From Octopus sinensis (Eukaryota): a DNA stretch of 64,000 bases. The notes beneath the pieces are model-generated. The model did not search any database and was not told the origin of the DNA. It saw only the letters and a list, made by a program, of their open reading frames with translations. Below are positions 12,912 through 25,806 of the stretch, piece after piece; position 1 is the stretch's first letter; every line of letters starts with the position of its first letter. The stretch spans positions 21,080,001 through 21,144,000 of the forward strand of contig NC_043001.1 of the NCBI RefSeq assembly GCF_006345805.1, in the 5' to 3' direction. Made by a program: the position numbers and the translations under genes.

Positions 12912-14719
12912 ATTTTATAGATATATAGATATATATATATATATATATAGAGAGAGGAGAGAGAGACAGACAGAGAGATTTCTGTATCAGTAAACATTTT
13001 GTACTGTTGAAATAAGTTTACATATAATTTCATAATGATAACTCTTTTGACAATGTACTGTATTTATGATTATTGCTTACTCTGAGTATTTACTCTTAGC
13101 ACGTGCTATATATATATATATATATATATATACTCCTATGCCTTCTTTTCTCTTACTAGTTATTCCAGCCATTGTCCCTTGGGTATGATGAGGATTGACT
13201 ATCAATGCTGTTGCATCCTCTTTTGAGGTTAGTAGTTGATAAACGAATGTTTGATCTGATGAAGGTTTATCTAACATCTTAAACAGTAGAGAGACCGACT
13301 TTTGTTTGAAAGTGTTAACATTTTTTCTATGTAGATCCCTTATGTTTTTTCCAGTCTCAAGCAAATTCTGATTTGGGGATTAGAATCTGTGTTAGGCCTT
13401 TGTAACCAGGTTGCAATGGTTAGAGAGCTGATAGTAGAATGCTTGAGACTTTCTTTTATAGAAATGCATAGTTTTTACCACACCATTTCTATATAGCATT
13501 GACATTTTTCTCTAGGTTTCTGTCAGCATCATCAAGATTCCTGATTCATAGTCATCTTCATCATCATCATCATCTTTATCATATATAGCCACAAGGGGCT
13601 AAACACAGAGAGGACAAACAAGGACAGACAAACGGATTAAGTCGATTACATCGACCCCAGTGCGTAACTGGTACTTAATTTATGGACCCCGAAAGGATGA
13701 AAGGCAAAGGCGTGCTAACGTTTCTGCCAGCTCGCTGCCTTATCTTTATCATATTCATCAGTTTAACATCCACTTTTACATGCTTGCATGGGTCAGATGG
13801 AATTTGCTGAGGCAGATTTTCTGTGGCCAGATGCCCTTTCTATCACCAACCCCCACCTGTTTCCAACTAAGATAATATTTCCCCATAGCCAGATGTGTTT
13901 CACTGAAGACTGGAAATAAACAACACCGCTTGTATGATGGTGATGTTTATTTACAATCATGTAATGTGAATACAAGGGTACACACACACAATATCTACAT
14001 ACATATAATATGACAGGTTTCTTTCAGTTTCTGTCTCTCAAACTCATTTACAGGACTTTGGTTGGCCCAGAACTATAGTAGAAGACACTTGCCAGAGGTG
14101 CCACCACAATAGGACTGAACCTGAAACCACAGGTTGAGAACCAAAACTCTTAACCAAACAGCCATAACTGTACCTTGATTACCTTTAAATTTTTATTATA
14201 ATCAACATAGTTTATAAGGTACCATTCGAGTGTGATCGTTACCAGCGTCGCCTTACTGGCACTTGTGCCCATGCTAGTAGGGTGCCAAGAGCACCATCTG
14301 AGCGTGATCATTGCCAGAGCAACTAACTGGCTTCCGTGTCGGTGGCACATAAAAGGCACCATTTGATCGTGATTGTTACCAGCATCACCTTACTGGTACC
14401 TGTGCCGGTGGCATGTGTAAAATGATTCGAGCGAGGTCGTTGCCTGTACTGCCTGACTGGCCCCCATACCGGTGACACATAAAAAGCACCCACAACACTC
14501 TTGGAATGGTTGGTGTTAGGAAGGGCATCCAGCTGTAGAAACTCTGCCAGATCAAGATTGGAGCCTGGTGCAGCCATCTGGTTCGCCAGCCCTCAGTCAA
14601 AATCGTCCAACCCATGCTAGCATGGAAAGCAGATGTTAAACGATGATGATAATGATGTAAGAGTGGTTGTTCTAATACCAAAATATGTTTGAAACAGCTA
14701 TTGCATTGTTGCAAACAGT

Positions 14720-15228
14720 AAACGTCCTAATACACTCCACTCAGAAATTTCGACTGTTTGAAAAGGTATTATTACAGCAAACAACTTTCATAAAAAAAAG
14801 TTACACAACCATTCTCCTAATTTTCCAGTTAAGCTAAGATCACACAGCTTGTAATTTATCTCATGAGCAACTTTGCTGAAAATTTTTGCAATGTCTTACA
14901 TCTACATTTGAATGGTTGAGCAGCTGTTTCAGTATTTAGCTGTAATGGTACAGTAGTTGTATGGACCAGCTTCTGCTCAGACAGAAACCATGCTGTGTCA
15001 CTCAGCAAGTCATTTTTGTCTCAGAACATATTCAGTTCCCCCACTGATAATTTGTTCCACAACTTTGCTATTGTTTGAAGTCAGAGCTATCTCTGAAATA
15101 TTTAGCATCTGCTCTACTTGGCCCCTGATGGATGACATATTAATGCCTTCTTTCAACATTTTATAGTGCTTATCACTTCCAAGGAAGTTTTGGAAAACTA
15201 TCTGAAGTGGTTCGGTTAGAGCCACTTT
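14720..15228 (-). mobile_element. Decayed CR1/L2/Jockey-type LINE RT fragment
   Basis: Fragments ALTEPLQIVFQ, IALTSNNSKVVEQII, HGF and KLCDLSLTGKLGEWLCN resemble the N-terminal RT domains. Confidence 0.6.
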
Positions 15229-15461
15229 ACATCACCATCATCATTGTTCTAACGTCCACTTTTCAATGCTTGCATGGGTCAGACGGATTTTACTGATGCA
15301 GAATCTCTACAGCTTGATGCCTTCCTTGCCACCAACGCTCACCTCTTTCCAAGGAAGATAACAGTTTCTTGTGGCCAGACATGTTTCCACAGAATATTGG
15401 AAATGAACAAACGTCATTTACAACCATGACATGATGCAAAAACGAGACATAAACACACACA

Positions 15462-16460
15462 CAAGGTGCATTCCAGAAGTTTTGAGACTTTTTTCAGGAG
15501 AGACATTTATTAATTTCAAAGAAGTACAAAACTCTAGTCTCCTTCAAAATGGAATCCTCTGGCTTGAACACACTTGTAATACTTCAGTCACCTTGTGAAA
15601 ATCCCATGGAAGTCCTCCAAAGTGAAGGTGTCTAGGACCCTTGTCAAAGCCTCCTTCATCTTCAAAATGACTGCCCTTGAGGTTCTTCTTCAACTTGAGG
15701 AACAACCAAAATTCACAGAGAGCAAGGAATAGATTGTGGGGAGGGTGAGGGGCAGTGTTGATGCCCATCTCTGTTAAGTGGTTGGTTACCAGGATGCTTG
15801 TCAGCGAGCATTCTACTCTTTTACTTGTTTCAGTCATTTGACTACGGCCATGCTAGAGCACTGCCTTTAGTCAAGCAAATCGAACCCAGGACTTAGTCTT
15901 TGTAAGCCCAGTACTTATTCTATCGGTCTCTTTGGCTGAACTGCTAAGTTACGGGTACGTAAACATACAAGCATCGGTTGTCAAGCGAGGTTGGGGTACA
16001 AACACAGAACACATATATATGACAGGCTTCTTTCAGTTTCCGTCTATCAAATCCACTCACAAGGCTTTGGTCGGCCCGAGGCTAGAGTGGAAGACACTTG
16101 CCTAAGGTGCAATGCAGTGGGACTGAACCCGGAATCATGTGGTTGGTTAGTAAGCTACTTACCATTAGCACAATTTTATGCATGTTCATTATCTTCATAA
16201 GTAATTTTGTATACAGTTGCCATACCAATTCCAAACTGTATGCTTATTGTTTTTATAGACATACAATGGCCTTGATCAAGAAAATTGCATATTTTCGCAA
16301 CCAGCTCTGACGTCCTGATGTCTCTTTCCCTTCCACAACTCTCATCTCTGAACCTCTTATGCCAGTGTAAAACTTAATTCATAAGCAATCTGGAACATTT
16401 CATAAGTTTCTGTAGAGTGTTTGCTGAGTTTAACACAAAACTTTATTGCATAGCAAACTT
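15462..16460 (-). mobile_element. Internally deleted mariner remnant, interrupted by a family B SINE
   Basis: N-terminal YAIKFCVKLSKHSTETYEMF...WHKRF; C-terminal PHPPHNLFLALCEFWLFLKLKKNLKG (degenerate YSPDLAP.DF.LF motif). Confidence 0.75.
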
Positions 16461-16760
16461 CCAAATGTCCTGACTGCATTCTGAAAACTAGTCAGCTGTG
16501 ACAAGCAGTATTTAGGTAGGATGTGTTCAAAGTGCTGTTACAGTTGTCTCCTTCAATCAGGATTAACAAAAGTTGGCAGGTCAGCTTGTTACATGTTTAT
16601 TAATGACAGGTGTGGGAGTGGTTGTGTGGTAATGTGGTAAGTAGCTTGCTTACCAACCACATGGTTCCGGGTTCAGTCCCACTGCTATAGCCTTGGGCTG
16701 ACCAAAGCCTTGTGAGTGGATTTGGTAGACGGAAACTGAAAGAAGCCTGTCATATATATA

Positions 16761-16792
<32 letters not shown>

Positions 16793-17665
16793 GGCATAGG
16801 GGTGGCTGTGTGGTAAGTAGCTTGCTTACGAACCACATGGTTCCGGGTTCAGTCCCACTGTGTGGCACCTTGGGCAAGTGTCTTCTGCTATAGCCTTGGG
16901 CCGACCAAAGCCTTGTGAGTGGATTTGGTAGACAGAAACTGAAAGAAGCCCGTCGTATATATGTATGTATATGTGTGTGTATACGTTTGTGTGACTGTGT
17001 TTGTCCCCCCAACATCGCTTGACAACTGGTGTGTTTACGTGCCCATAACTTAGCAGTTTGGCAAAAGCGACCGATAAAATAAGTACTAGGCTTACAAAGC
17101 ATAAGTCCTGGGCTCCATTTGCTCGACTAAAGGCGGTGCTCCAGCATGGCCAGTTAAATGACTGAAACAAGTAAAAAAGAGTATACTAAAATCACAGTCA
17201 TCTTGGACAGTTGTAACTGCCTCTTCTAAAAAATCTGAAAACTGAGAACTTCTAGATAGCAACGTATATGCTTGGCAGGAAGGGATTGCAAGGGGTGAGC
17301 CTGTATGCAAGTGCAACCATGCTTTTACTTAGCTTAGTGTGTCTTTTCAAACACAGCAAACTGCCAGGAGTCTCAATCCCCTGTCATCCCCTCTGTGAGT
17401 CCCAATGTTTGTAGATCCTTTCTCCCCATTTTGTCCCACATCTTCCTGGGTCTACCCCTTACACATGTTCCCTCTACAATATATGTTTGTGTGTATGTGT
17501 CTGTAGCTGTGATTGTCACCTCACCATTTGCTTGAAAAATCGCTGTTGGTTTGTTGACGTCCCTACAACTTAGCAGTTCAGCAAGAGACTGGTAGAATAA
17601 GTAGCAACTTTGGAAAAAAAAATGCTTAAGCACTGGGGGCAATTCATTTGACTGAAACCCTTTAA

Positions 17666-17885
17666 CTCTTTTGTTACCAACCCGGCTGAAACCAGCTTTA
17701 GCTCTGTAGTACAAATGTTTTTTTTTCATAAGTATCGAATTAAAATCTTCCACCAAACCTTAATCACAATTTATGTTCCTAACACTAGCTTAATGATAAC
17801 TAAGTTATTTTACTAAATTCTTTGTTATATTTAAAATAATTGAAAGAAACACAGAGCATCTCAAAATAAATATGTAATGAAAGGG
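17666..17885. mobile_element. piggyBac-type MITE P1 inserted into a SINE
   Basis: TTAA flanks and TIRs; the host SINE sequence resumes after it. Confidence 0.8.
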
Positions 17886-18495
17886 TTAAGGAGGTGCCCC
17901 AGCATGGTCACACTCCAATGGCTGAAAAATGTAAAAAAATAAATCTAAAGGCCTGCTTTTCTTTCTCGGTTTCTTTCATTTTTATGTGATCATTTTACTG
18001 CATTTTAAATGTCTATAAATTATATTTTCATTAAGTTTTTCTCACAGCAAACGGCTTGTTCATTTAACTGATTTAAGATCTTTGTATTGTGGGAACCTTT
18101 CTGTCCTTGGAGGTTATTTTTGGAAACTCTAAGCTCACTCTCTGGGAAATATATAATGCAAATAGTTTACCCCTATATTGATATGAATTGCTTTAGTTTG
18201 ATGTTATTGTCTTTTGAGCTAGTAAATTGTAGCTTTGTAAATTTCTTAATACATTTCCCAAGAGGTTTGTGAAAATTCATGTCGGGCAGATTTAATGTCT
18301 TTGTAAAGTTCCTTTGGACCATAAATTTTTAATTCAGAAATAATTGAACATCATCATTATCATCTAATGTTTACTTTTGTATGCTTGCACAGGTCAGACG
18401 GAACTTTTTGAAGGAGATTTTCCAAGGCCAAATCTTCTTCCTGTCACCAATCCTCACCTGTTTACAAACAAGGTAATATTCCGGATGGCCAGACA

Positions 18496-18857
18496 TCTCT
18501 ATATATATAAACGGCAAAATGTCTGTCTGTGTGTATCCTTTATACAAATCCACAATTTTTCAGTTAGAGGGCTCACACTTTCTATGGTCATTCAAAACTG
18601 TCCAAGGGTGGTTGTGCACATCTTTACATTTGCCCAGTCACCCCGCAAAGCCATTAAAAAATCAATAGAAGTGACTTTTTGGGGAATTTTCTATCCAAAA
18701 CCCAATCAAAATGCCCAAAACTCGATACGCCAATTGAATGCCAGCTAGCTGTATGTGATTGGTCGGAGATTTGGACAGTACTCGCGTGTATGTGCGCACG
18801 CAGCTGTATATGCATGCACTCGCACTATGACCCGGCAACGCTGGGTCATAGTGCTAG
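18496..18857 (+). mobile_element. Non-autonomous Helitron (362 bp)
   Basis: 5' TC, subterminal hairpin GACCCGGCAACGCTGGGTC, 3' CTAG; inserted at A|T in the host motif AGACA|TGTTTCC with no TSD. Confidence 0.85.
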
Positions 18858-20659
18858 TGTTTCCATAGAAGGCTGGAAATGAACAACACTGCTTGTATGA
18901 TGGTGATGTTTGTTTACGACCCTCGCATGAAATCAAGACACATATCTGTACGATGGGCTTCATTCAGTTTCCAACTGCCTATTTCCACTCACAAATGGTT
19001 ATAGTAGAAGATACTTGCCCAAGGTGCCGTACAGTGGGACTGAATTGAGATCATGTCTTCAGTTCCACTGTACAGCACCTTGAGCAAATATTGTCTACTA
19101 TAGCTTCATTAGTGGATTTGATAGACAAGAATATAAATATATTAAAGGCGGCGAGCTGGCAGAAACGTTAGCACACCGGGCGAAATGGTTAGCGGTATTT
19201 CATTTGCTGTTATGCTCTGAGTTCAAATTCCACCAGAATGTAGTGGCAGACGAAATACCTATTTCTTTACTACCCACAAGGGGCCAAACAAAGATAGACA
19301 CATGGATTAAGCCGATTACATCGACGCCAGTACATAACTTTACTTATTTAATCGACCCCGAAAGGATGAAAGGGAAAGTCGACCTCGACAGAATTTGAAC
19401 GCAACGGCAGATGAAATACCGCTAAGCATTTCGCCTGGTGGGCTAACGTTTCTGCCAGCTCACCGCCTTTACATGACTCCTGAGGTCAGTCAGATCAATC
19501 AATGCAGTTGATGTACTTAATCAACTATAAGTTGGCATCAGATGGAAAAACATGGGCAGAAAGGGAATTCCAGAGACATAATGTTATAAGGAGGGAGACT
19601 TGATCAAAGGGGCCAGAGCAAGAGAATACAGTATGAGTGAGTGACTTGAAGAGAAGAGTTTATTGAATTTGAGTGGAGGTGGAATGAGATTAACCAGCTC
19701 AAAGTTGCAGAGGTCAATGTAGTAGTGACAGACTGAGAAAACAGTCTGTGTGCAAGAAGATGCAGTGGGTTGGTGAGCAACTTCATATTAACCAGTCATG
19801 TGGCTTTTGTTTAGATGTCTACAAGAAACAGCTGATGCAGTATTTATTCCATTGTGAAACATGATCTTTGAATGTTGTGCCTCACAGAGGTGATGACAAA
19901 TGACCAAGACTTTTGGCAATTTGTATTTGAGAAGATACATCAAACTCAGTGAAATTGTAGTCGGGGCCAGTGTTGGTGACACATAAAGAGCATCCGTGGC
20001 AGTGACATGTTAAAGGCACCCAGTCATAGAAACCAAGCCAAAACAAACAGGAGCCTGGTACAGCTCACTGGCTTACCAGTTCCAGCTCAACTGTTTAACC
20101 TATGCCAGTATGGAAAACAAACACATGATGATGATGAGTGGGTCTCTCCTGAGCTTTGTATCACATTAGTAACTGTTGTGAAGAGAAGTATTTTGTGGCC
20201 CTGAAGAGGAATGCTTGTCTTCGTAAAATCATTAATGAGGAGGTCTAGCATTTTTAGTGACTTTGGGAGATTTTGTTTGATAGGCACGTGAAATCGAAAT
20301 CGATCAAAAAATCAATGGAAATTGTAGTTGTGATACCAGTGCTGGTGGCACGTGAAAAGCATCATCTGAACGTGGCCGTTGCCAGCGCCGCCTCGACTGG
20401 CTTCCGGTGGCACGTAAAAAGCATCAATCGATCGTGGACGTTGCCAGCCTCACCTGGCACCTGTGCCGGTGGCATGTAAAAAGCACCCACTACACTCACG
20501 GAGTGGTTGGCATTAGGAAGGGCATCCAGCTGTAGAAACACTGCCAGATCAGACTGGAGCCTGGTGCAGCCTCCTGGCTCCCCAGACCCTGGTCGAATCG
20601 TCCAACCCATGCTAGCATGAAAAACGGACATTAAACAATGATGATGATGATTTAAGAAG

Positions 20660-22415
20660 GTAGGGTACAATAGTTTTCTTGCTGTGTAGTGATTGTGTCT
20701 TTGTGCTTTTGAAGGAGATAAGATTGACAGAAAACCCCACTAGAAGTGTGGATTTGGTGTGAGATGTTTAGGTTGCATGAGGATGGTACTTGGGTACCAA
20801 AGGTTATGGCAGTGTTAAAGATGGAATCATCTGCATTAGGACAGGCATTGTTGGAAGAGTTGGCGAGTGAATCATTACACGAATAGGAGGACAAAATAAA
20901 AGACAGCATTTCATCATTCTTGCATGATCTGAGAGGAAGTCTCCAATCTAAGAGACAAATGGCACCCAACTTGGTTAGGAGATTGGCCAGCATGCCAGGC
21001 CCAGCTGATTGCTTTGCTGACATTAAATACTATCTTTACAAGAGTCAGAAATGGTACACTCTGCAGGCTTTTACCAAAGATTATCATATATCCTGGTAGG
21101 GAGAGAGAGAGATTGTTTGAGGGTAATGGAGGAGATACTGTGAGAGCCAGTGGCCTTGGTGATAGTTTGAAGCAACTGCAAATTATAAGGCCAGTGAAAT
21201 GGAGAGGGATACCTTTAGAATTCTATCCAGTGTGGGCAATAGCGTAGAGTTGAAAAGTGGATAACAGATATCAATTTGACTGTTTCAGCATTGAAAATAA
21301 ATTAGATTTAAGGGTTTCTATGAGGGTCTGGTAGAAGTAATTCTTTCTAAGAATGATGTTAGGAAATTTGGGATTCAGATTTTTAATGTAATTCTTACTA
21401 TAGACATTTTTCTTTTATATTTTTTCTTTACAGCCTCTTGATAAAAACAGACCCCTTTTTTTAAATTTTGAAAGTTTTGTCTTTAAACTCATACTTTAAC
21501 AGGTTAGAGTGCTAATGCATATTGTGTGCTTTCAATGAACATAAGAAATATATAATTAGCCTAATTACAGACAAAGGAATCAGAGTTGGTAGTAATACCA
21601 TTAATTGAGGAGCTGGAGACAGTTTCAAAGATTTATGTACCAACTCCACAGCCTGGGATGTGTGTACCTGTGTTTATGTTTACACTGATTTTGTTTATAC
21701 CAGGCTCTTTTATACTTAATGGACTTTTATTTGCAGCCTTCCATTAAAACGTGTGAACTGAGCAAAAATAATACCAAGCTTGGAAACATGTGACAGTTGG
21801 TGACAAGAAGATAACCCAGCCATAGAAAATCTGCCTCATCAAATAATCTGATCCATAGTGTTGTAGGAAGCAAGACCTGAAAGATATGAACAGTACCCTA
21901 GTGCAGTAGGTAGGTCTTACTTTAAGTTTATAGAGGACCAAGAACTGATTGGGACTGGAATATGTTCTGGACAAAGAAAAGAAAGCTTAGCCTACAGAAT
22001 ACAATTTTAATAATGGTAAGTATGAGGGGGTTGTCACCATAAGAGATTACAAGGTCTTAGCATTTTGAGAGCTTTTGTATTGCTCATGTGTAGAGAGTGA
22101 GGCACTAGAACATTTTCTTGATCACCATTTTACATACTGGCACAGGATGGATGGTTGAGAGGATCCATTGTGTCAGAGGGTGGAGGCCTTTGACTTAGGG
22201 AGATTTTGTTTGATATTCACATTTAGGAAGTGATTGTGTCTTTGTGCTTTTGAAGGAGATAAGATTGACACAACCCCACTAGAAGTGTGGATCTGGCGTG
22301 AGACGTTTAGGTTGCATGAGAATGGCATTTGGGCACCAAAGGTTATGGCAGTGTTAAAGTTGGAATCATTTGCCTTAGATTAGGCATTGTTGGAAGATTT
22401 GGCAAGTGAATCATT
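20660..22415 (-). mobile_element. Decayed LINE-like region with an internal duplicated segment
   Basis: NDSLANSSNNACPNADDSIF resembles a degenerate YADD motif; ~20688-20876 is repeated at ~22229-22414. Confidence 0.45.
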
Positions 22416-23374
22416 AAGAGTGATGGACTCATGATCAAAAGGTTTTAGCTTTGATTCCTGGACTAGGCATTGTGTTGTGTTCTTGAGCAAAACAATTCAT
22501 TTCACATTACTCCAATCCAATCGGCAGGTGAAGTGAGTTAGCCTGCAATGGACTGGTGTCACATCTAGAGGGGAAATATATGTGCCATGGAAAATGGCCA
22601 TATGAGCTTAAATGACTCAAGAAGGATCTTTCTCCTATCTATCCTTATTGTGTCAGAGGACAGCATCTTAACCACAGTGTTTCAGTTTTGGTATAGATTC
22701 TATGGCTGGATGGCCTTCCTAATGCTGATGCCATAATTATGTTGAAAGAGATTAGGTTGACATATTATTCACTGAAGGACATTTTAGTGGTCTCTGCTTA
22801 CAGAAGCAGTGAATGTCATGGCTGGATGCCCTTCTTAATGCTGATGTCATGATTATGTTGACATATTCTTCAATGAAGGACGTTTTAGTGGTCTCTGCTT
22901 ACAGAAGCAGTGGATGTTTGGTGTGAGATGCCTATGCTGCATGTGGATAATACCTGAATGTAAAAAGCTAAGAAGTAAAAGATAATATTGTGTATATGTT
23001 GCTAGAAATGATAGCTGAGTTCCCCTCAACCTTCATTTTAGTGTTCTAAAAATGGAATAGTAGAAACTCAGTCCTGGATATAATATGACAGAATGGTTTC
23101 AGCTGAAATGCTAGTCAAAGACAGAAATCTTTTATTGTTTAAAGAAGTAACAGCTACCTGCACACTAGCTAAATACTTTGAAACAGAGTTAATTATGTCA
23201 TGTATGTAACAGCTTTTGAATTTCCTTTGTAACAGATAATTCTTTAAATCTAGCAATTTTGAATTTTGTTTCTCTGTTAATTTGTAAAAAGATTCAAGAA
23301 TTCAGCATCCACATACTCTTACCCTACACATACAGCATCACCACTTTAGTATTTAACTTGAGAGTACTCTTTAA

Positions 23375-24428
23375 CCCTTTCGTTACTATATTTCTGACCA
23401 AATTACACCCCTTATGTGTTTCAATTAATTTCTAACGTAATCATAAATTTAGTCTGGTTTCATTAAACAACTACAACTTTTTTATTTATCGATATATTAA
23501 TCTGATTTTTGGAAGATAATTTAATGAAATATTCTCAACCAATTCTATACTATAATTTTTGTCACAAAGTGACTCTTTGCAGGTAGATACAGGTAAATTC
23601 CACAAAATATAAAATTATTAAAATTTTGTTCAAACATCGCTATAGAAAATGGGTTATTAGCTAATATTCAATTGGGTATACAACAAAATTTTACGATAGA
23701 ATTTGTTATTCTGGGTAACTTTCTGATACCCATAATAATATTTATGGCAAAATAGGCCTTAATTTCATTTAAGGTTGTGGGAAATAACAAACTATCCTTT
23801 CTTTCGCTTTGTTTACGTTTAGCGTAACGATTTCAAATGGGCTCATTCGAAAAAGTAAAAAGAAATATATAAGGCTTTACTCTCCTAGGAAAGTCTGTGG
23901 CTTGGACTAGTTTCTTCAGAAAAATCACCGAAAGAAACGGTTTTTAAATTTTCACTCCATTCAGGTGCCAATTCGTTTTCTTTATTGCTATCGGAGATCT
24001 CAGATTCACTGTTTTCACTTTCGGAAAATGAAACATCAAATACCATGTGCTTTTTTTTTTCAGTCATAGAGTTAGATTTATGAAGGTCTTCAGTAGAAAA
24101 TCCTTCGATATTCTGACTCGCTGCTTGATATAATGAAATTCGTATCCATTTTTTGTCAGAATTACAAATTTTGAAAACACAATAGGAACAAATTTCGGAA
24201 AAAAATCTCCCAAAATTCACGGAATTAAAATTATACTTCGATTATTGTACAAAACTGTAGTTGAACTGTTTACGAAGTATAATACGTGTTTTCACGAATG
24301 TACTAAAGAGATTTGCTCTGATATTCTCATTTAAATATGAATAGGTAAATTCGGGCGGCTTTGGGCGGTTTGGTTTTATAAACCAAAATTTTTTTTGGGT
24401 GGCTTTGGGCGGTTTGGTAACGAAAGGG
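23375..24428 (-). mobile_element. Internally deleted piggyBac-type transposon retaining an acidic transposase N-terminus
   Basis: TTAA plus CCCTTTCGTTAC TIRs at both ends (same TIR as MITE P1); ORF 23885-24220 reads EGFSTEDL...SESEISDS...W...F.EETSP. Confidence 0.75.
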
Positions 24429-25554
24429 TTAAGCTTGTAATTCATCTGTAATTCTTTGATTTTGTAAAGAGAAATAAAATATCAGCAAGTACAATTTCCC
24501 AATGACAGGCACCCATGGTGGCACCATGTAAAAAGCACACGTGCTGGAACTGCATAGAAAGCACCCAGTAGACTCTGGAAAGTGGTTGATGTTTAGTTTC
24601 TACAGCTGGGTGATCTTCCTATGCCAAAACAGACAACTGGAGCCAGGTGCAGCACTGTGGCTTGCCAGCCGTTGTCAAACCTATTTCTTTACTACCCACA
24701 AGGGGCTACACACAGAGGGGACAAACAAGGACAGACAAACGGATTAAGTCAATTATATCAACCCCAGTGCGTAACTGCTACTTAATTTATCGACCCTGAA
24801 AGGATGGAAGGTAAAGTCGACCTCGGCGGAATTTGAACTCAGAACGCAGCGGCAGACGAAATACTGCTAAGCATTTCGCCCGGCGTGCTAACATTTCTGC
24901 CAGCTCACCAGCCTCTGTCAAACCATCCAACCCATGCCAGCATGGAGAACGGATGTTAAGTGATGATGATGATGAGGAGGATTCATTACAGGCACAGGCA
25001 CAGGCACGGCTGTGTGGTTAAGAGGCTTGCTTTCCAACCATGCAACCCACTGTGCAGCACCTTAGGCAAGCCTTGTAAGTGAATTTGGTGGACAGAAACT
25101 GAAAGCCCACCTTGCATGCATGATTGTGGAGAGTGAGTGATGGTTGTAAATGAGCATCGCTATCATAGAGACTACACCGTTCATTTCCAGTCTTCCACGA
25201 AAAATTTGTCAAGTTATGAGACATATTACCTTGCTGAGGTGAGGATTATGACAGGAAGGGCATCTACCTACAAGGTGGTGAGCTGGCAGAATCATTAGTA
25301 TGCCGGGTGAAATGCTTTGTGGTATTTCGTCCGCTGTTGCGTTCCGAGTTCAAATTCTGCTTAGGTCAACTTTGCCTTTCATCCTTTCGGGGTCGATAAA
25401 TTAAGCACCAGTTACGCACTGGGGTCGATATAATCGACTTAATCCGTTCGCCTGTCCTTTTTTGTCTCCTCTGTGTTTAGCCCCTTGTGGGTAGTAAAGA
25501 AATAGGAAGGGCATCTACCTATACAATAATACAATTTACCAAGATGTACTTGCA

Positions 25555-25806
25555 TAGCGAGTGACTTGATCTGAGATCGTGTGCTGGAACGAAAACAATT
25601 GCAGCGTGGAAGGTGTTTATAAGCCATTTAAGAAACACACAAAACCGTTAGATTCACTTCAACATTTAAATTTAATTTGTCAAAATATTTTCGTCGCAGT
25701 CTCAAAGTGATGAAAATATTTTGACAAATTAAATTTAAACGTTGAAGTGAATCTAATGGTTTTGTGTGTTTCTTAAATGGCTTATAAACACATTCCACGC
25801 TGCAAT
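25555..25806. mobile_element. Fold-back element with ~95-bp arms
   Basis: 25598-25692 vs 25712-25806 inverted with few mismatches; centre GTCGC-AGTCTCAAA-GTGAT-GAAAATATTTT. Confidence 0.75.

Noticed and set aside
13077-13550. 95-aa ORF and a CTGATGA at 13256
   Set aside because: No recognisable domain, splice context, or downstream stem-GAAA to complete a hammerhead
14220-14520. CRISPR-like array of ~40-bp units
   Set aside because: Eukaryotic context with no unique spacers or cas genes; it is the internal minisatellite of SINE family C
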